Counted from the first letter of the whole stretch, positions 37,302-50,580 are shown. The stretch: DNA of 63,935 bases, filler included, from Octopus bimaculoides (GCF_001194135.2; 10 parts of 10 records of this genome joined end to end with filler, not necessarily neighbours in it), one strand, 5' to 3'. Made by a program: numbers and translations. Notes: a model not told the origin generated them from the sequence alone.

Positions 37302-38538
37302 NNNNNNNNNNNNNNNNNNNNNNNNNNNNNNNNNNNNNNNNNNNNNNNNNNNNNNNNNNNNNNNNNNNNNNNNNNNNNNNNNNNNNNNNNNNNNNNNNNN
37401 NNNNNNNNNNNNNNNNNNNNNNNNNNNNNNNNNNNNNNNNNNNNNNNNNNNNNNNNNNNNNNNNNNNNNNNNNNNNNNNNNNNNNNNNNNNNNNNNNNNN
37501 NNNNNNNNNNNNNNNNNNNNNNNNNNNNNNNNNNNNNNNNNNNNNNNNNNNNNNNNNNNNNNNNNNNNNNNNNNNNNNNNNNNNNNNNNNNNNNNNNNNN
37601 NNNNNNNNNNNNNNNNNNNNNNNNNNNNNNNNNNNNNNNNNNNNNNNNNNNNNNNNNNNNNNNNNNNNNNNNNNNNNNNNNNNNNNNNNNNNNNNNNNNN
37701 NNNNNNNNNNNNNNNNNNNNNNNNNNNNNNNNNNNNNNNNNNNNNNNNNNNNNNNNNNNNNNNNNNNNNNNNNNNNNNNNNNNNNNNNNNNNNNNNNNNN
37801 NNNNNNNNNNNNNNNNNNNNNNNNNNNNNNNNNNNNNNNNNNNNNNNNNNNNNNNNNNNNNNNNNNNNNNNNNNNNNNNNNNNNNNNNNNNNNNNNNNNN
37901 NNNNNNNNNNNNNNNNNNNNNNNNNNNNNNNNNNNNNNNNNNNNNNNNNNNNNNNNNNNNNNNNNNNNNNNNNNNNNNNNNNNNNNNNNNNNNNNNNNNN
38001 NNNNNNNNNNNNNNNNNNNNNNNNNNNNNNNNNNNNNNNNNNNNNNNNNNNNNNNNNNNNNNNNNNNNNNNNNNNNNNNNNNNNNNNNNNNNNNNNNNNN
38101 NNNNNNNNNNNNNNNNNNNNNNNNNNNNNNNNNNNNNNNNNNNNNNNNNNNNNNNNNNNNNNNNNNNNNNNNNNATATATATATATATATGCTTAAACGC
38201 ACAAACGCGTACGCACAACAAATACTAAACACAATTCACGCATGCGCACGCATTCACGTGCGTGCGTGCGTGTGTGTATGTGCATGCATACTCACATTTA
38301 TATATCTCTGGGCATGATTGTATTCAATCAGTCATGAATACATAAATAGGAATACACATGCACAGTGTATAATTCTACATAGATAAATACACACATGCAT
38401 CGACGTGCACGTGAATGAATGCCTGTTTGGTAAAAGTAACGATAATATAGGAAATACTTGAAATTAATCAGTGAACAGTAAACAAGACAACGGGAGAAGT
38501 ATAATGGTATTTTTCAATAACAAAAATGATGGAAAAGG

Positions 38539-38539
<1 letters not shown>

Positions 38540-38601
<62 letters not shown>
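38540..38601. repeat. (GTA)n microsatellite
   Basis: Perfect trinucleotide array, followed by a partial minus-strand family B SINE tail at about 38633-38695. Confidence 0.97.
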
Positions 38602-38799
38602 CAATAATAATAATGATGATAATAATGATTTGAAATTTTGGCACAAGGCCAGCAATTTTAGGGGAGGGAATAAGTCGATGTGGGGGTTTATTTTTTAATA
38701 ACTCCCTTATTTTTACAAATAGGTGTATGAAATTTCATTTCAATATAGAGGAGATAATGGAGATTAATTTGCATCAGTCTTTTTTCATCATACTTCTGC

Positions 38800-39527
38800 A
38801 TTTTGAAAATGATATATTTTAAATGACGTCCATTTTGAGCTTCACACTTTATGAGGTGCAATTCTCTTTGGTGTTGTGCTCTCGGATTCTCAAAGCCTCA
38901 AAACCGGAAATTTTGTCAATTGATGAACCCATTCAAATGAAAGTGAACTACGTCAGACATGATCAATCTTTGTGTAAAATTTGCGGGCCAATTCCTGAAT
39001 TATGACAGCGTATTGGATCCTGTGTTCATAGTCCTGGGGCTTCAACTGTTGAACCAACTGTACTTTGTATGGAAAAAGGTTAAGACTGTAGAGAGCTTTT
39101 TGCAGCGAAGTTTGTGAAATCCCAAGCTGTCTGGAGCGTCTTCGAATCGATATGCCCGGATTCTGTTCAATACTCTCTCACACTCGTACCCTTACCTCAT
39201 CGGTTCTGACAGTGCAAGGTCTTGCAGATCATGCGAGATCACTTACTACCCCTTGTTTTTCACAACTACGAACTAAGTTCCTAATTGTGTTTTCATTTGG
39301 GGCATATCTCACTTGAAAGCGCCAACGATATACTCTCTGGGTTTGAATAATTGACCCCTGATTTTGATAGAACAATTTCACCACTTGGCTGCGTTGTGCG
39401 GTAACATAATTTTCCATAATTAATTACTGGGACGTGGTCCATAAAATCCCTGTAAAGAAAAGAAAATGTCAAAAACTAAAAGAATGATCAAAAATTGCAA
39501 TCCCTCAATGACTTTTGGGCCACCCTG
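38800..39527 (-). mobile_element. rosa/DD41D-like Tc1/mariner relic with internal deletion
   Basis: The TIR TA-CAGGGTGGCCCAAAAGTC ends at 39527. Translation: MENYVTAQRSQVVKLFYQNQGSIIQTQR...APNENTIRNLV, SIRRRS, FPYKVQLVQQLKPQD, IMSDVVHFHLNGFIN*QNFRF*GFENP. It then jumps to the C-terminal QNGRHLKYIIFK. Confidence 0.85.
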
Positions 39528-42275
39528 TATTATTAGCCACTAGGAGTTCGCTCGTACATTTTATACAGGATGACCGTGATCAAGTTGTTGTGTGCATATA
39601 CAATAAATAGAGAAGCAAGAATAGGTGATACATCATGAAACGGTTTTAAAATACATAACAATAGAAAACAACTAAAAACACACAAAAAGGGATGGAAATT
39701 GAAGCCGATACAGCATAACTGCCCAACAAGATTCTTACACTCTGAATTATTGTCCTCTCCGAAATGAAATCTCTACACAAAGTACTGGCTCCCCATAAGT
39801 TCGAAAAGAAGTTATATGGCATTTACCATATAACCTCTTTTGTCATAATCTATCCAACAAAAGAAAATTGCCAGTCGCCTCTTGCTAAAGGAAAGCGAAG
39901 GCGCGTTCTTTAAAGGCGATTCAGCTGAGAGCTGGATCCGTCTTACACGCAAGAACAGCCGTTGACATATCCAACGACACTTAGACACTGAACGATGGCA
40001 TGAAGAATAAATTGGATAAACCCGACTGATGTCACTTCTGTACCTAATAAGCTTATCCTAAAGCGATAATGCTCCGCATTATCATTGCTAATCCAGGGAG
40101 TTTGGGAATTTATTTAGATGGATTTTCAAATTTTTTGTTTTGTTTTTGAAAAATATTACTTAGAAAATTGACATCGGCACCCACAGCCAGTAAACTTAAG
40201 AAGGAGGTAGGAGATGAGAGGTGTTCCTCGTGTTAGGATGTCTCGCATTCATCTGATAAATGAATGATGAGGAGAAGGCTTCAAGTTCAAAGTCAAAATA
40301 ATTGCACAACTTCTGAAGAAACAATCGACGGTAGTCGTAAGAACAACAAAAGAAAGCAATTACAACAACAAAATTACCAAGAGCAACAACAACAGCAAGC
40401 AGTGGCTGCAAAGGCGGCATTCTACTCATGGACGGAGAGGAAGAGTTCTTATTGTTGAAAGCTCATAGTTCAAAAACTTGCATCATGGTTGTAGTGGTAA
40501 ATGACAGCAGCAGTAAAAGCAACACCAATAACAAAAACAGCAAAGCAACATTATCAAGCATAACAACAGCACCAGAGTAGAATCTTCGGTCTTCCACTTG
40601 CTGTGGAAAGATTAAGTTCCGCTAGTCAGGTGTTTCACTTATTGACGACATCCATATGATGCGTAGACATGTGCAAAGGCATCAAAATCTCCAGCGTTGT
40701 CTTCACAGTGAGCAGGTGTCACCTTTTGTCAAACTCACATTTCCACAGTTTATCCCTTTAACATAGTTACAGTCCTGGTTCAAGCGTAGACTGAAGAATG
40801 GTGTCTGGCACCTACCTGGTTGACAGGGGCTCACATCCATCTGCCAGTCGGGCAATGCGGTCGGTGGAAACTCTGCTATGACGTCCTATAGGAGATTAGT
40901 GGCAGGCAAGCCTGATTACATCCTTCAACAAAACTCCTAAAGGAGGTAGATTTTTATTAACTAGTAACGTTCATTAACAAATCCGACAAAATAAGCACCT
41001 GTATAGGCGAAATTCCAGAGTTGTTACAGACAACAAATTTGGCAGAATCGCTAAACAGAATTCTTCTCGATATTTTCTACTAACAATCCACAACTCTTTC
41101 AGTTCGATTCCTACCGTGGTTCATTTTGTCTGTCATTCTTTCAGCATCCAAAACGATGGGATGGTGGAACTGTAAGAATTTCGGATGTTTTGCAGTCCTT
41201 TTTTCATGTTCTTTGTATTGAGTCCAAATCCCACCATTACCTATTTGGGTGACACTTTGAGTATCATTACCGGAGACCACTCTGTTGTGAGTACAGGTTT
41301 CTGGTTTGAATATACCTTCTGTCATCTCTCCCACTAGTCTTAAGACCCCTATTAAGTGCTATGGACTCTGCATTCCTTTCAAACTAAAACTTTAAAAATA
41401 TATATTCGGCTGATATAATTGACTTCACTCTTCCGCTATATTTTGAGATCTTGTTCCAATGCCAGAAATGGTATTGCCCCGATTTAGATACCTTACATTT
41501 TGTCAGACTAATTGTTGCCTGAAATAACATTCATCCTTGCGATGCACTCGAGTTGATTCAACTGATGATCATAGCTCTCTTTTAGAAATGTATGGCTTTG
41601 CGTTAATGTAAGTAAATCCTTATTGTTATTTTCCGCAAAGTCAGCAAAGAAAATAACAAACAGCAGACAGTTGGCAGAAAACAACAGAACAGCTGCAAGT
41701 TATGAAATGGTCATAAAAGAGTAAAAAATTAAAACGAAACATGTACTATGATTGCTATATCATGCCCTGCAGACGGAAACATGCCAATCAAAGTGATTGC
41801 AATACCGACTATTTACACATAATCTTGAAGGAGAAGAAACTATACTGAAGAACATAGTTATAATTATCATAATCTAGACACTGATGTAAAGAAAAACGAA
41901 GAATTTAATACCGGAATTAACTCACCTGGATTTCCTCTGTTTTTATTTTTGTTTGTTTCTCGTTCGTTTTCTTTGTTTTTATTCCTATCATTTTTCACCC
42001 GTGAAACTGAGAACAGAGTTCATTTTGCAGAGCTCACGTATTTGTTAGGGAGATTATAATGCAATGTAAACTATATGCATTCACAAAGAAGCCTTTTTCT
42101 TAAACTCTTCACTTTACTTATATTACACAGGTATTCACATACGCATAAACAAACATGCAAACACAAGTCTTTACAAGACACACATAAGACACACACGAAG
42201 AATATAGTTATATAAAGACAGAAAATGCAAGAGAAAAATAAATATACCTAATTGTATTCTATAAAAACACCGATA

Positions 42276-42329
<54 letters not shown>

Positions 42330-43097
42330 CAATACGATATGATGTGTAAAAAATAGCAAACCACAAGCTGAAATACAGCAGAAATAGTAAAACATATATG
42401 GATGCCAATGATTGCAAGAAATATAATAATGATAATAATAATAATAATAATGTATTAGGTAACGGACATAAATAACAGAAAAGAAATTAAGAAAACAATT
42501 ATGTAATCTCATTTCGCTTGCATTTCAGAAAAATCAGGTGCTGTTAAAATATATGGCCGACATTCTGGACAGTTATGCTTAACTGGGAAGCTTGTTTACA
42601 AACCGTCGTTTTCACCTTGAAAGTATCTGTTTTCCTTGTTCAATTCTTGTATAATTGTGTGGAAGGGATCTACTAACTGCTAGCTGCTAGATTTGGGGGG
42701 GGGTCTTTTTTTTTGTGAAGCGTCCCCCAACTTGGAGTTGCCGATATAATTTTGCCTAAGTCAGATATCCGTCGGAGTTTAAAAGTGATTTTGTGGTAGA
42801 AGAGATATGTGTATATTCGAATAACGAAATTGAATATTTTCAGGTTTATGCGGTTTTTAAATTGAAGATATTCGGAGGTGGGGGGTTAAGCTATTTTCAA
42901 CGACGAATTCAGATGTGCTGGGTTGTAATTTCATTTCTGTCTTCAGCTGCTGACGGTTCAGATGTGCGAAGAAAACGTCAATCCCCAAACTCTAACGTCA
43001 ATTTTTTTCCGTTCATTTTATTATATCAGTAATAATCATCGAGGAAGAAAAGTTGTCATTTGGAGAAGAGGAGAGAGAGGAGAGAATTGCATGAGAA

Positions 43098-43101
<4 letters not shown>

Positions 43102-43174
<73 letters not shown>
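43102..43174. repeat. (GA)n microsatellite
   Basis: Perfect dinucleotide array. Confidence 0.98.
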
Positions 43175-43178
<4 letters not shown>

Positions 43179-43680
43179 CCACTGGGAAGCTTGGCTCCTG
43201 AATCTGTGTCGTCTGATCACAAAGCAGACGAGAGGATACCTACCACCATCTTCACTATCTCCACTACCACCACCAACAACAACAACATCAATATCAGCAA
43301 CAACAACATAGAGAAGAAACATAATAACTACAGCAAAAATAACAACAGTTACAATATCGATAAATTTCCACTCCTATCAACCAGCCATACCAGCATCAGA
43401 AAAACACCCACCTTCACAACCAACAGCCTTACCACATCGCCCCCAACCCACGGCAGGCATCGCCACTAGCTCATTCGCTTTGCAGTCATGAAACACCAAC
43501 GCCAACAGAAACCACAACAGCTGCAGTAACTACGACAGTAATACCAACTACAACAGATTCAACAACAACTCCTTTGTTGCGGTTAACAAAATTTTAGGAG
43601 CAAGTTTCCTCGGAAGAAAAACACAGAAACCTGATCGACGCAGAAAAATTCCTCAATCGATGAAATAGGAAAACCCGATT

Positions 43681-43740
43681 TGCTTCCGAATTGATGGAAA
43701 AGACTTACAAAAACTATTTTATGCCGATGATTTTCTATTA
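43681..43740 (+). mobile_element. Short LINE RT fragment containing YADD
   Basis: CFRIDGKDLQKLFYADDFLL (YADD at 43720-43731) resembles G..I.G..I..L.YADD..L of RTE-type RTs. Flanking motifs were not recognised. Confidence 0.5.
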
Positions 43741-44290
43741 ACAATCTGTGAATTTTTAATGCTTCACTTATCCAAGTCGAAAAATACTTAAAGAGTCTAT
43801 GATTGACATTGGCATTATAATTTGAGGAAGGCAATGACTCTATGGAAATAAGATTCCTCACTGAATTTTTGGCACAGATGCATTCAATGATCTAATGCAG
43901 GCACGAGGATCTACTTCTCACATATCTTGGTCAGCGTGTGATAAAAATTAGAATAACAGGCATACCACTAGAATTAAACATCAGTTACACATGCGGGGGA
44001 ATTTATTGAAAGAAGAGTGACAGTGACGAAAACGGCAAGAGTAGGAGATCTTGGATAGTGGGGTTCCTCGACTGACCCGAGAAGTTCTCCTGTAATAGGA
44101 AGAGTGCATTATCATCAACCTTTTGTTGTTATACTGTGTATTATGCATAATCGCATGCATTACTTTATATGGATACTGTATACCACATATACTTTCTTTT
44201 TAATCGTTCCATTCTGTATAAATTCTTACTCTTCCTATCTGTCTTTATAACGTCCCCCTCAACAGTCATCCGAGTGACAAATAAAAGAAA

Positions 44291-44336
<46 letters not shown>

Positions 44337-44710
44337 AGTCAAAATTAAAAGAAGAGTGCCATTTGTTATCTGGTGAACGATATTTCGACATCTCGTGTGT
44401 CTTCAACTGGTTCAAAAAATAAATTTGTCAATCTACTTCATTTTGGTTAATATAGAAAGGATTGAGGTAACTCCTCCTGAAGATATAGAGTCAAAATTAA
44501 AAGAAGAGTGCCATTTGTTATCTCAATCCTTTCTATATTAACCAAAATGAAGTAGATTGACAAATTTATTTTTNNNNNNNNNNNNNNNNNNNNNNNNNNN
44601 NNNNNNNNNNNNNNNNNTTAATTAATTAANNNNNNNNNNNNNNNNNNNNNNNNNNNNNNNNNNNNNNNNNNNNTATATATATATATATATGTATGTATGT
44701 GTGTGTATAT

Positions 44711-44907
44711 GTTTGTCCTCCCAACATCGCTTGACAACCGGTGCTGGTGTGTTTACGTCCCCGTAACTTAGCGGTTCGGCAAAAGAGACCGATAGAATAA
44801 GTACTAGGCTTACAAAGAATAAGTCCTGGGGTCGATTTTTTCGACTAAAGGCGGTGCTCCAGCATGGCCACAGTCAAATGACTGAAACAAGTAAAAGAGT
44901 AAAGAGT
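44711..44907 (+). mobile_element. SINE family A, 3' half
   Basis: CATCGCTTGACAACCGGTGCTGGTGTGTTTACGTCCCCGTAACTTAGCGGTTCGGCAAAAGAGACC...GTAAAAGAGTAAAGAG. Confidence 0.92.
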
Positions 44908-45374
44908 ATACATGTATGTATGTATACATGCCATGGTTAAATGCTCCTTCTAGTTTCATGGTAGAAGGCAAGTAAACACTTAACGATCATTTAACTGACA
45001 CAATGCAAATACCATGCAAATATACCCGTTTGTGTCCGCTGATGATTGCAAATATCTGAGTGAAACCATGGTATAAACTGGATGGTCTCAGCGGACTCAG
45101 CAAATAATGTGTGCGCGCGAGTATGTGAAATGTGTAGTGTTGATTATATATATATATATATATGTATGTGTGTGCGTGTGTATGTGTGTGTTTGTGCTTA
45201 ACTAACACAATGTAAATATCGTACATATATACCTGCTTTGTATTCACTTATCATTGCAGATATGAAAGTGAAATCATAATAGTGACATGCCTAATTTATG
45301 AATTTGTGAGTTAAGGAGCAGGAGCTGATAAAGTCTAGGAATAGAAAACAATAATGCCGAATGTTTTATTTGTT

Positions 45375-45730
45375 CTAGTCATTGCACTTCGGTCTTGCTG
45401 GGGCATCGCTTTAAAGAGTCTCTTCGAAGGCATCGACACCAACATTGACTTTTTTTTGAAGTCTGGTACTTAATGTATCGATAGTTTTGCCGAACCGTTA
45501 AGTTATGGGAACGTGAACAAACCAACACAGGCACGACATACGCAGGCACGCACAAACACACACACGACGGGCTTCTACATATTTTCCGTCTTTTCAAACT
45601 ACAAAATTCCACTCACAAGGTATTGGTCAGCCCAGAGCTATAGTGGAAGACACTTCTCCAAGATGTTGTACACTGAACCCAAGACCACATGGTTGCAAAG
45701 CGAGTGCCTTAACAATACAGCCGTCCCTTC
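45375..45730 (-). mobile_element. SINE family A, diverged
   Basis: TTGCCGAACCGTTAAGTTATGGG, CACTCACAAGG, GAAGACACTT and ACCACATGGTTGC are reverse complements of family A segments. Confidence 0.75.
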
Positions 45731-47236
45731 AACCATAAATATTTACGTTTTATTATCTTGGTTCCAAACTGCGAGGAACTATTAAATTGCCCTTCATCAG
45801 TCTGGGTTCCCGAACATTAGTCCAGAAGATGTGTGCCGCCTACTCCCACTAAACCAGAACATGCGTCACCTAGAGTGAAAGTTTGAAGTAGTTGCTTTAA
45901 AATTCATTATGATAGTTACCTCACTCTTCGTTTTCCGCCAAAAATAAGTTTAAATAAGAAGTAAATGAGATTAAAAAATTGCTTGAAAATGAAAATAACA
46001 AGGAATTAAGAAAATAAATTTAGAATAACAACCCAAATGCCAAATTATCCAGAATATTCTTTTCGTTTTTAAATTTTTTTCTTCTTATCTATCTATCTAC
46101 CTAACATACATTTACATGCAAATGTGTGCATATATACATATGTATATGTGTGTGGTTGTGTTTATATGTGTGCGTGTGTATATATGTATGTATATGTGTA
46201 TGTGTGTGTGCTTGTATATAGAAGTATCTATCTATCTATTTGTCTGTCTATTATCTATCTACACACACACATACACGTATATATATAATGGTTTCACGTG
46301 TTTCCAACAGAAAGGTTTTGTGAGGAATTAAAAATTTAATTCTTACCTTTTCAATACGAAATCCAATTTCAATGCAAAATTTACAAGCGCAAGAAATCAA
46401 AAGCAACGAATATAAACGTGGCTATATATATATATATGAATAACCTTAACTATACATTCTTCTTTCTCTGTACTCTCTCTCTCTTCCGTCCCACAACAAT
46501 CTTCGTGTTTATATGTATTATGTATATGTATTTATCTATCTTCTCTAACTGTCACTTATCTATCTATAAATCTTCCTAACATTTATCAAAAATAATGAAC
46601 GTGACTGTCTCAGCGTCTCCGAAGATCGACGACAGAACAACGGTGACTGGTTTGGTGACGTTAATTCGAGAAACTATAAAAATAAAATGGACGCTCGAGG
46701 CAGCCATTGTGGAACATCAAAACGTGACAAGAAAGTATGTGTAATATAGAACGGCAGACAAACGAACTAATACACGCACGCACGCAGTCACGATCCACGC
46801 ACGTACACACACACACATTCTCACAAATAATATATGTAGGTGTATGTATACACACACGCGTATGTACGCATATACATATATATATTTATATAAACATGTA
46901 GATATACATACATTTATATATATATATATATATATATATNNNNNNNNNNNNNNNNNNNNNNNNNNNNNNNNNNNNNNNNNNNNTTAATTAATTAANNNNN
47001 NNNNNNNNNNNNNNNNNNNNNNNNNNNNNNNNNNNNNNNAAAAAGAATAAAAAGTAAAAAGAAATTGGGCTAATAGGTCTGTAAAACAAGGCATGTCTTG
47101 GAAAACCTTAGCAAAATCTATATAATTGCACTTTTTGCTCGTCAGCCGAACTTAAATATATGTTGCTGATGTAAAGAAAGAAAGCAACAAAGAAGAAAGC
47201 ATCGCGACAAAACACAAAAATTATAAGTATTTGCTA

Positions 47237-47314
<78 letters not shown>

Positions 47315-47840
47315 AATAGTAATAATATGCAAGTATTTTAACTGAAATGGTGCAAGAAAGAGAATTAAATTACTAAAGGTTTGTGAACGGAGATAAAACG
47401 GAATAGACATGAAAAACGAAAATAGAATAGAATAGAATAAAATAAAATGAAATGAAATAAAATAAAATAAAATAAAATAAAGTAACGTAAAAGGTTTAAT
47501 TAATTCATAATCACACGCTCGGTAATTAAGACGAAATGAAGGAATCTATTACACGATGGCATTTGTTATGCAAATTTTTTAACGCCAGATTATTGACGGA
47601 AATAGCGGCAAAAGTGATTCCGAGTGAGCTAAGAGATGCTGTGTGTGTGTGTGTGTGTGTGTAAGGATGTGCTGTGTTTAAGATGTGATCTTGTTACACG
47701 TTGAACGTTGTATATTCTTAGAGTCTATACATCACGATAATAAGACAGAACAGCAAAACAAACGACGACATGCTAACAAGCTATTAGGGAATCGGTAGGC
47801 GGGGGGAATATAGAGTAGAGTACATTAATATACTGATTTC

Positions 47841-48046
47841 GAATTTTAGCACAAGGCCAGTAAATTAAACGGAGGGGATAAGTCGATTAAATCCACCCCC
47901 AGTATTCATCTGGTATTTCTTTTATTGAATCCGAAAGGTAAAGTCGTCGTCGTCGTTCGACGGAATTTGAACGCAGAACGTAATGGCGGACGAAATGCCG
48001 CTAAGCAGTTTAGTCAGCGTGCTTAACGATTCCAGCAGCTCGCCGC
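47841..48046 (-). mobile_element. SINE family B
   Basis: TTTTAGCACAAGGCCAG...GGAATTTGAACGCAGAACG...CAGCAGCTCGCC. Confidence 0.85.
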
Positions 48047-48097
48047 ATTAAAATACATTAATATACTAGAGTACATTAATATGTTAGAGGACACCTT

Positions 48098-48240
48098 TGC
48101 GTTCTGAGTGTTCAAATGCCACCGAGGGCGACTTTGCCTTTCATCCTTTCAGGGATCGATAAAATGACTACAAATTTGAGTACTGCAGTCAATAAAATCC
48201 CCCGAAATTGCTGGCCTTGTGCCAAAATTTGAAACTAATA
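48098..48240 (+). mobile_element. SINE family B, 5'-truncated
   Basis: TTCTGAGTGTTCAAATGCCACCGAGGGCGACTTTGCCTTTCATCC...GGCCTTGTGCCAAAATTTGAAAC. Confidence 0.85.
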
Positions 48241-48469
48241 TATTACAGCAGACTTTGGTCAGATCGGTATTAAGTAGCATCATGACAATTTGAGACAAGT
48301 ATACAGTTTCAATCCCTGATATAAGTACCGCCAGATATGCCGCCATTTTGCCTACAAAAGACATGTCATAGTTTTATATTTTATTTTCATCTTGGACTAA
48401 AGATGGAAAATGCGGGACCGGTGACTGGTGCTTACATCTTTATTAAGCAGGAGAGTGGTGTTGCTGGAT

Positions 48470-48645
48470 GCGTCGAGCTGGCAGAAACGTTAGCACGTCG
48501 GGCGAAATGCTTAGCGGTATTTCGTCTGTCGCTACGTTCTGAGTTCAAATTCCGCCGAAACTGACTTATCCATTCATAGTCGATAAAATAAGTACCAGTT
48601 AGACGTTGGGGGTCGATCTATTCGACGTACCTCTCCCATCGAAAT
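48470..48645 (+). mobile_element. SINE family B
   Basis: GAGCTGGCAGAAACGTTAGCACGTCGGGCGAAATGCTTAGCGGTATTTCG...GAGTTCAAATTCCGCCG. Confidence 0.88.
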
Positions 48646-48849
48646 ATTATTAATTTTGCTAAGTATTTTCATGAAATTCTTTCAAACAGTTCTTAAAAAG
48701 TGGTAAAAAGACAACAGAACGCAGGGAATTTTGCTTTTAAAGCGAGAAAATTTTTATTAATCATACTTTTTAATTTTGTTTAAGAAATTATGTGATGGGT
48801 AGTCGGGAGGGTCGATAGGTTATCAAAATTGCATAAAAGGGGTTTAATT

Positions 48850-49160
48850 ACACGTGGTTCTGGCTTCGCTTTCGTTGCGTGGCACCTTGGGTTAATGTCT
48901 TCTACTATAACCTCGAGCTGACCAAAGCCTTGGAAGTGGAAGTCGTAGATGGAAACTGGAAGAAGTTCGTCCTATAAAAATATATCGATGTGTGTCTTTG
49001 TGTCTTTTTTGTCCCCCCCCCATCACTACTTGACAACCGGTGATGGTGTATTTATATCCCCGTAACAGCGTTTCGGCAACCCACCACCAAAAATAGATAA
49101 AAAAACACCCATAGAATAAGTGCCAGGCTTCAATAAAATAAGCACTGGGGTCGATTTAAG
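48850..49160 (+). mobile_element. SINE family A, diverged
   Basis: GCGTGGCACCTTGGG...GACCAAAGCCTTG...GACAACCGGTGATGGTG...TAGAATAAGTGCCAGGCTT...GGGGTCGATT. Confidence 0.8.
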
Positions 49161-50029
49161 GACTGAATCAAGTAAATGATAAGGGATAAAAGTTTTAAAA
49201 AGCGTGTTTCTTAAACACATTTGCAGTGTGCGATGAAAAGTTCCTTCAATTCACCATACTTGGTACATATTTCAGCAGAAACATCGCAATCTAAACCAGT
49301 TTTCAAAACCGTGTCTTAAACGGCAAAACATTAGCTATCTGATGAGAGTATTGTCATCTGTCTACCTTTAGCAGTATCCTGTCAATAGCCATATAAAATG
49401 CGGGAGGTTTATCTGCCGCATCGTTTATTTAGAGGGAGAAAATCATAAATACAAGCTGATCATAGCCTGAATCTAATTTGATCACAAACCTCCTCGATCA
49501 GCGTAAACCTTGGGTTAAATAACAACAACAGCAATAACAACAATCTAAAAAAAAACAAAAAACCCAGTAACGATAACAACAACAGCAACACGCCCATATA
49601 CACTCCGTCGTTGTCGACAACAACAACAAGAACAACGACTAACACAACAAAATCAAAATGCAAAATTTACGACTGTTTTTGCTGTGAGAGAGTATTTGAA
49701 GATGAAACAGCGATAATTTACATATTGCTATTAAATGTTTAAGATTTACGACCAATGAAACCACACTATTGCATTATCTTCGATGTCGTTTGGCCCTGTT
49801 ATTTTCACTGATTTAGCTTTCGTTCATTTTGATATTTTTCTGTCGTTTTATGCTTAGGTTAATGGTTTCTTTTTTTCTTCTTTTTTCTTTCTTTCCTTTC
49901 TTTTTTTTTTTTTGGTTTTTGTGTTTAAGGAGTGACACGGCGGGTCTGGATTGTGTCACGGCCTCGTTTTGACACAATCCTTTTTCTCGTGAGCATTCTT
50001 TTCTCTCGTCGTTCGCACACTCTGCTCTT

Positions 50030-50096
50030 ACACCCTCTTCCTTCCTTCCTTCCTCCCTTCCTTCCTTCCTTCCTTCCTTCTTTCCTTCCTTCCTTC

Positions 50097-50131
<35 letters not shown>

Positions 50132-50185
50132 TTTTTCTTTCTTTCTCACTCCGTTCCTTCCTTTCTCTTTGCCTTCCTTCCTTCC
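50030..50185. repeat. Compound (TTCC)n/(TTTC)n microsatellite
   Basis: Tetranucleotide arrays switching motif within one tract. Confidence 0.95.
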
Positions 50186-50561
50186 TCCGGGAGAGTCCAT
50201 CACACACACACACACACACACGGACACACACAGATAGATAGACATCCCCCTCCCTCCCATTCACTTTTTTCACCCACCCCTTCTTCCTCCCCTTCCCATT
50301 CCTCCCACCATCTCTCCCCTTTCCTTCTCTCTCTCTCTCTCCCTCTTTCCTCTTCCAATACACATCTCCTTATTACCATAGTTGCTGTCGGCCATGTTTC
50401 AGAAGCCCCTGCAACCGAAACAGCCATCACAAATCCGTCTTTTTCTATATATATCACAATGACAGTGCACGAGATATATCCCTCTATTTCTAAAACAGTA
50501 GAATAAGATTTGAATGACATTTAACTGTTATTTCTAGCAGACCGAACAACCACCCACAAAC

Positions 50562-50580
50562 CTCTTGCAGCCGTAGCCAT
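50562..50580 (-). CDS. Candidate first coding exon (MATAAR + G, phase 1) of an unidentified host gene
   Basis: The minus strand reads CACAAA-ATG-GCT-ACG-GCT-GCA-AGA-G|GTTTGT, with A at -3, G at +4 and a plausible donor. It lies about 280 nt downstream of an ETS-like site. No downstream exon was found. Confidence 0.3.

Noticed and set aside
40600-40900. Possible very decayed RTE C-terminal region on the minus strand
   Set aside because: Only scattered residues resemble RTE, across several frameshifts, which is too weak to call.
41915-41945. Consensus minus-strand donor CAG|GTGAGT
   Set aside because: The upstream sequence is A-rich with no identifiable acceptor or coding frame.
45260-45305. 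Plus-strand exon-like segment (YESEIIIVTCLIYEF) with a GTGAGT donor
   Set aside because: It is short, has no homology, and its phase does not fit the open frames of the next candidate exon.
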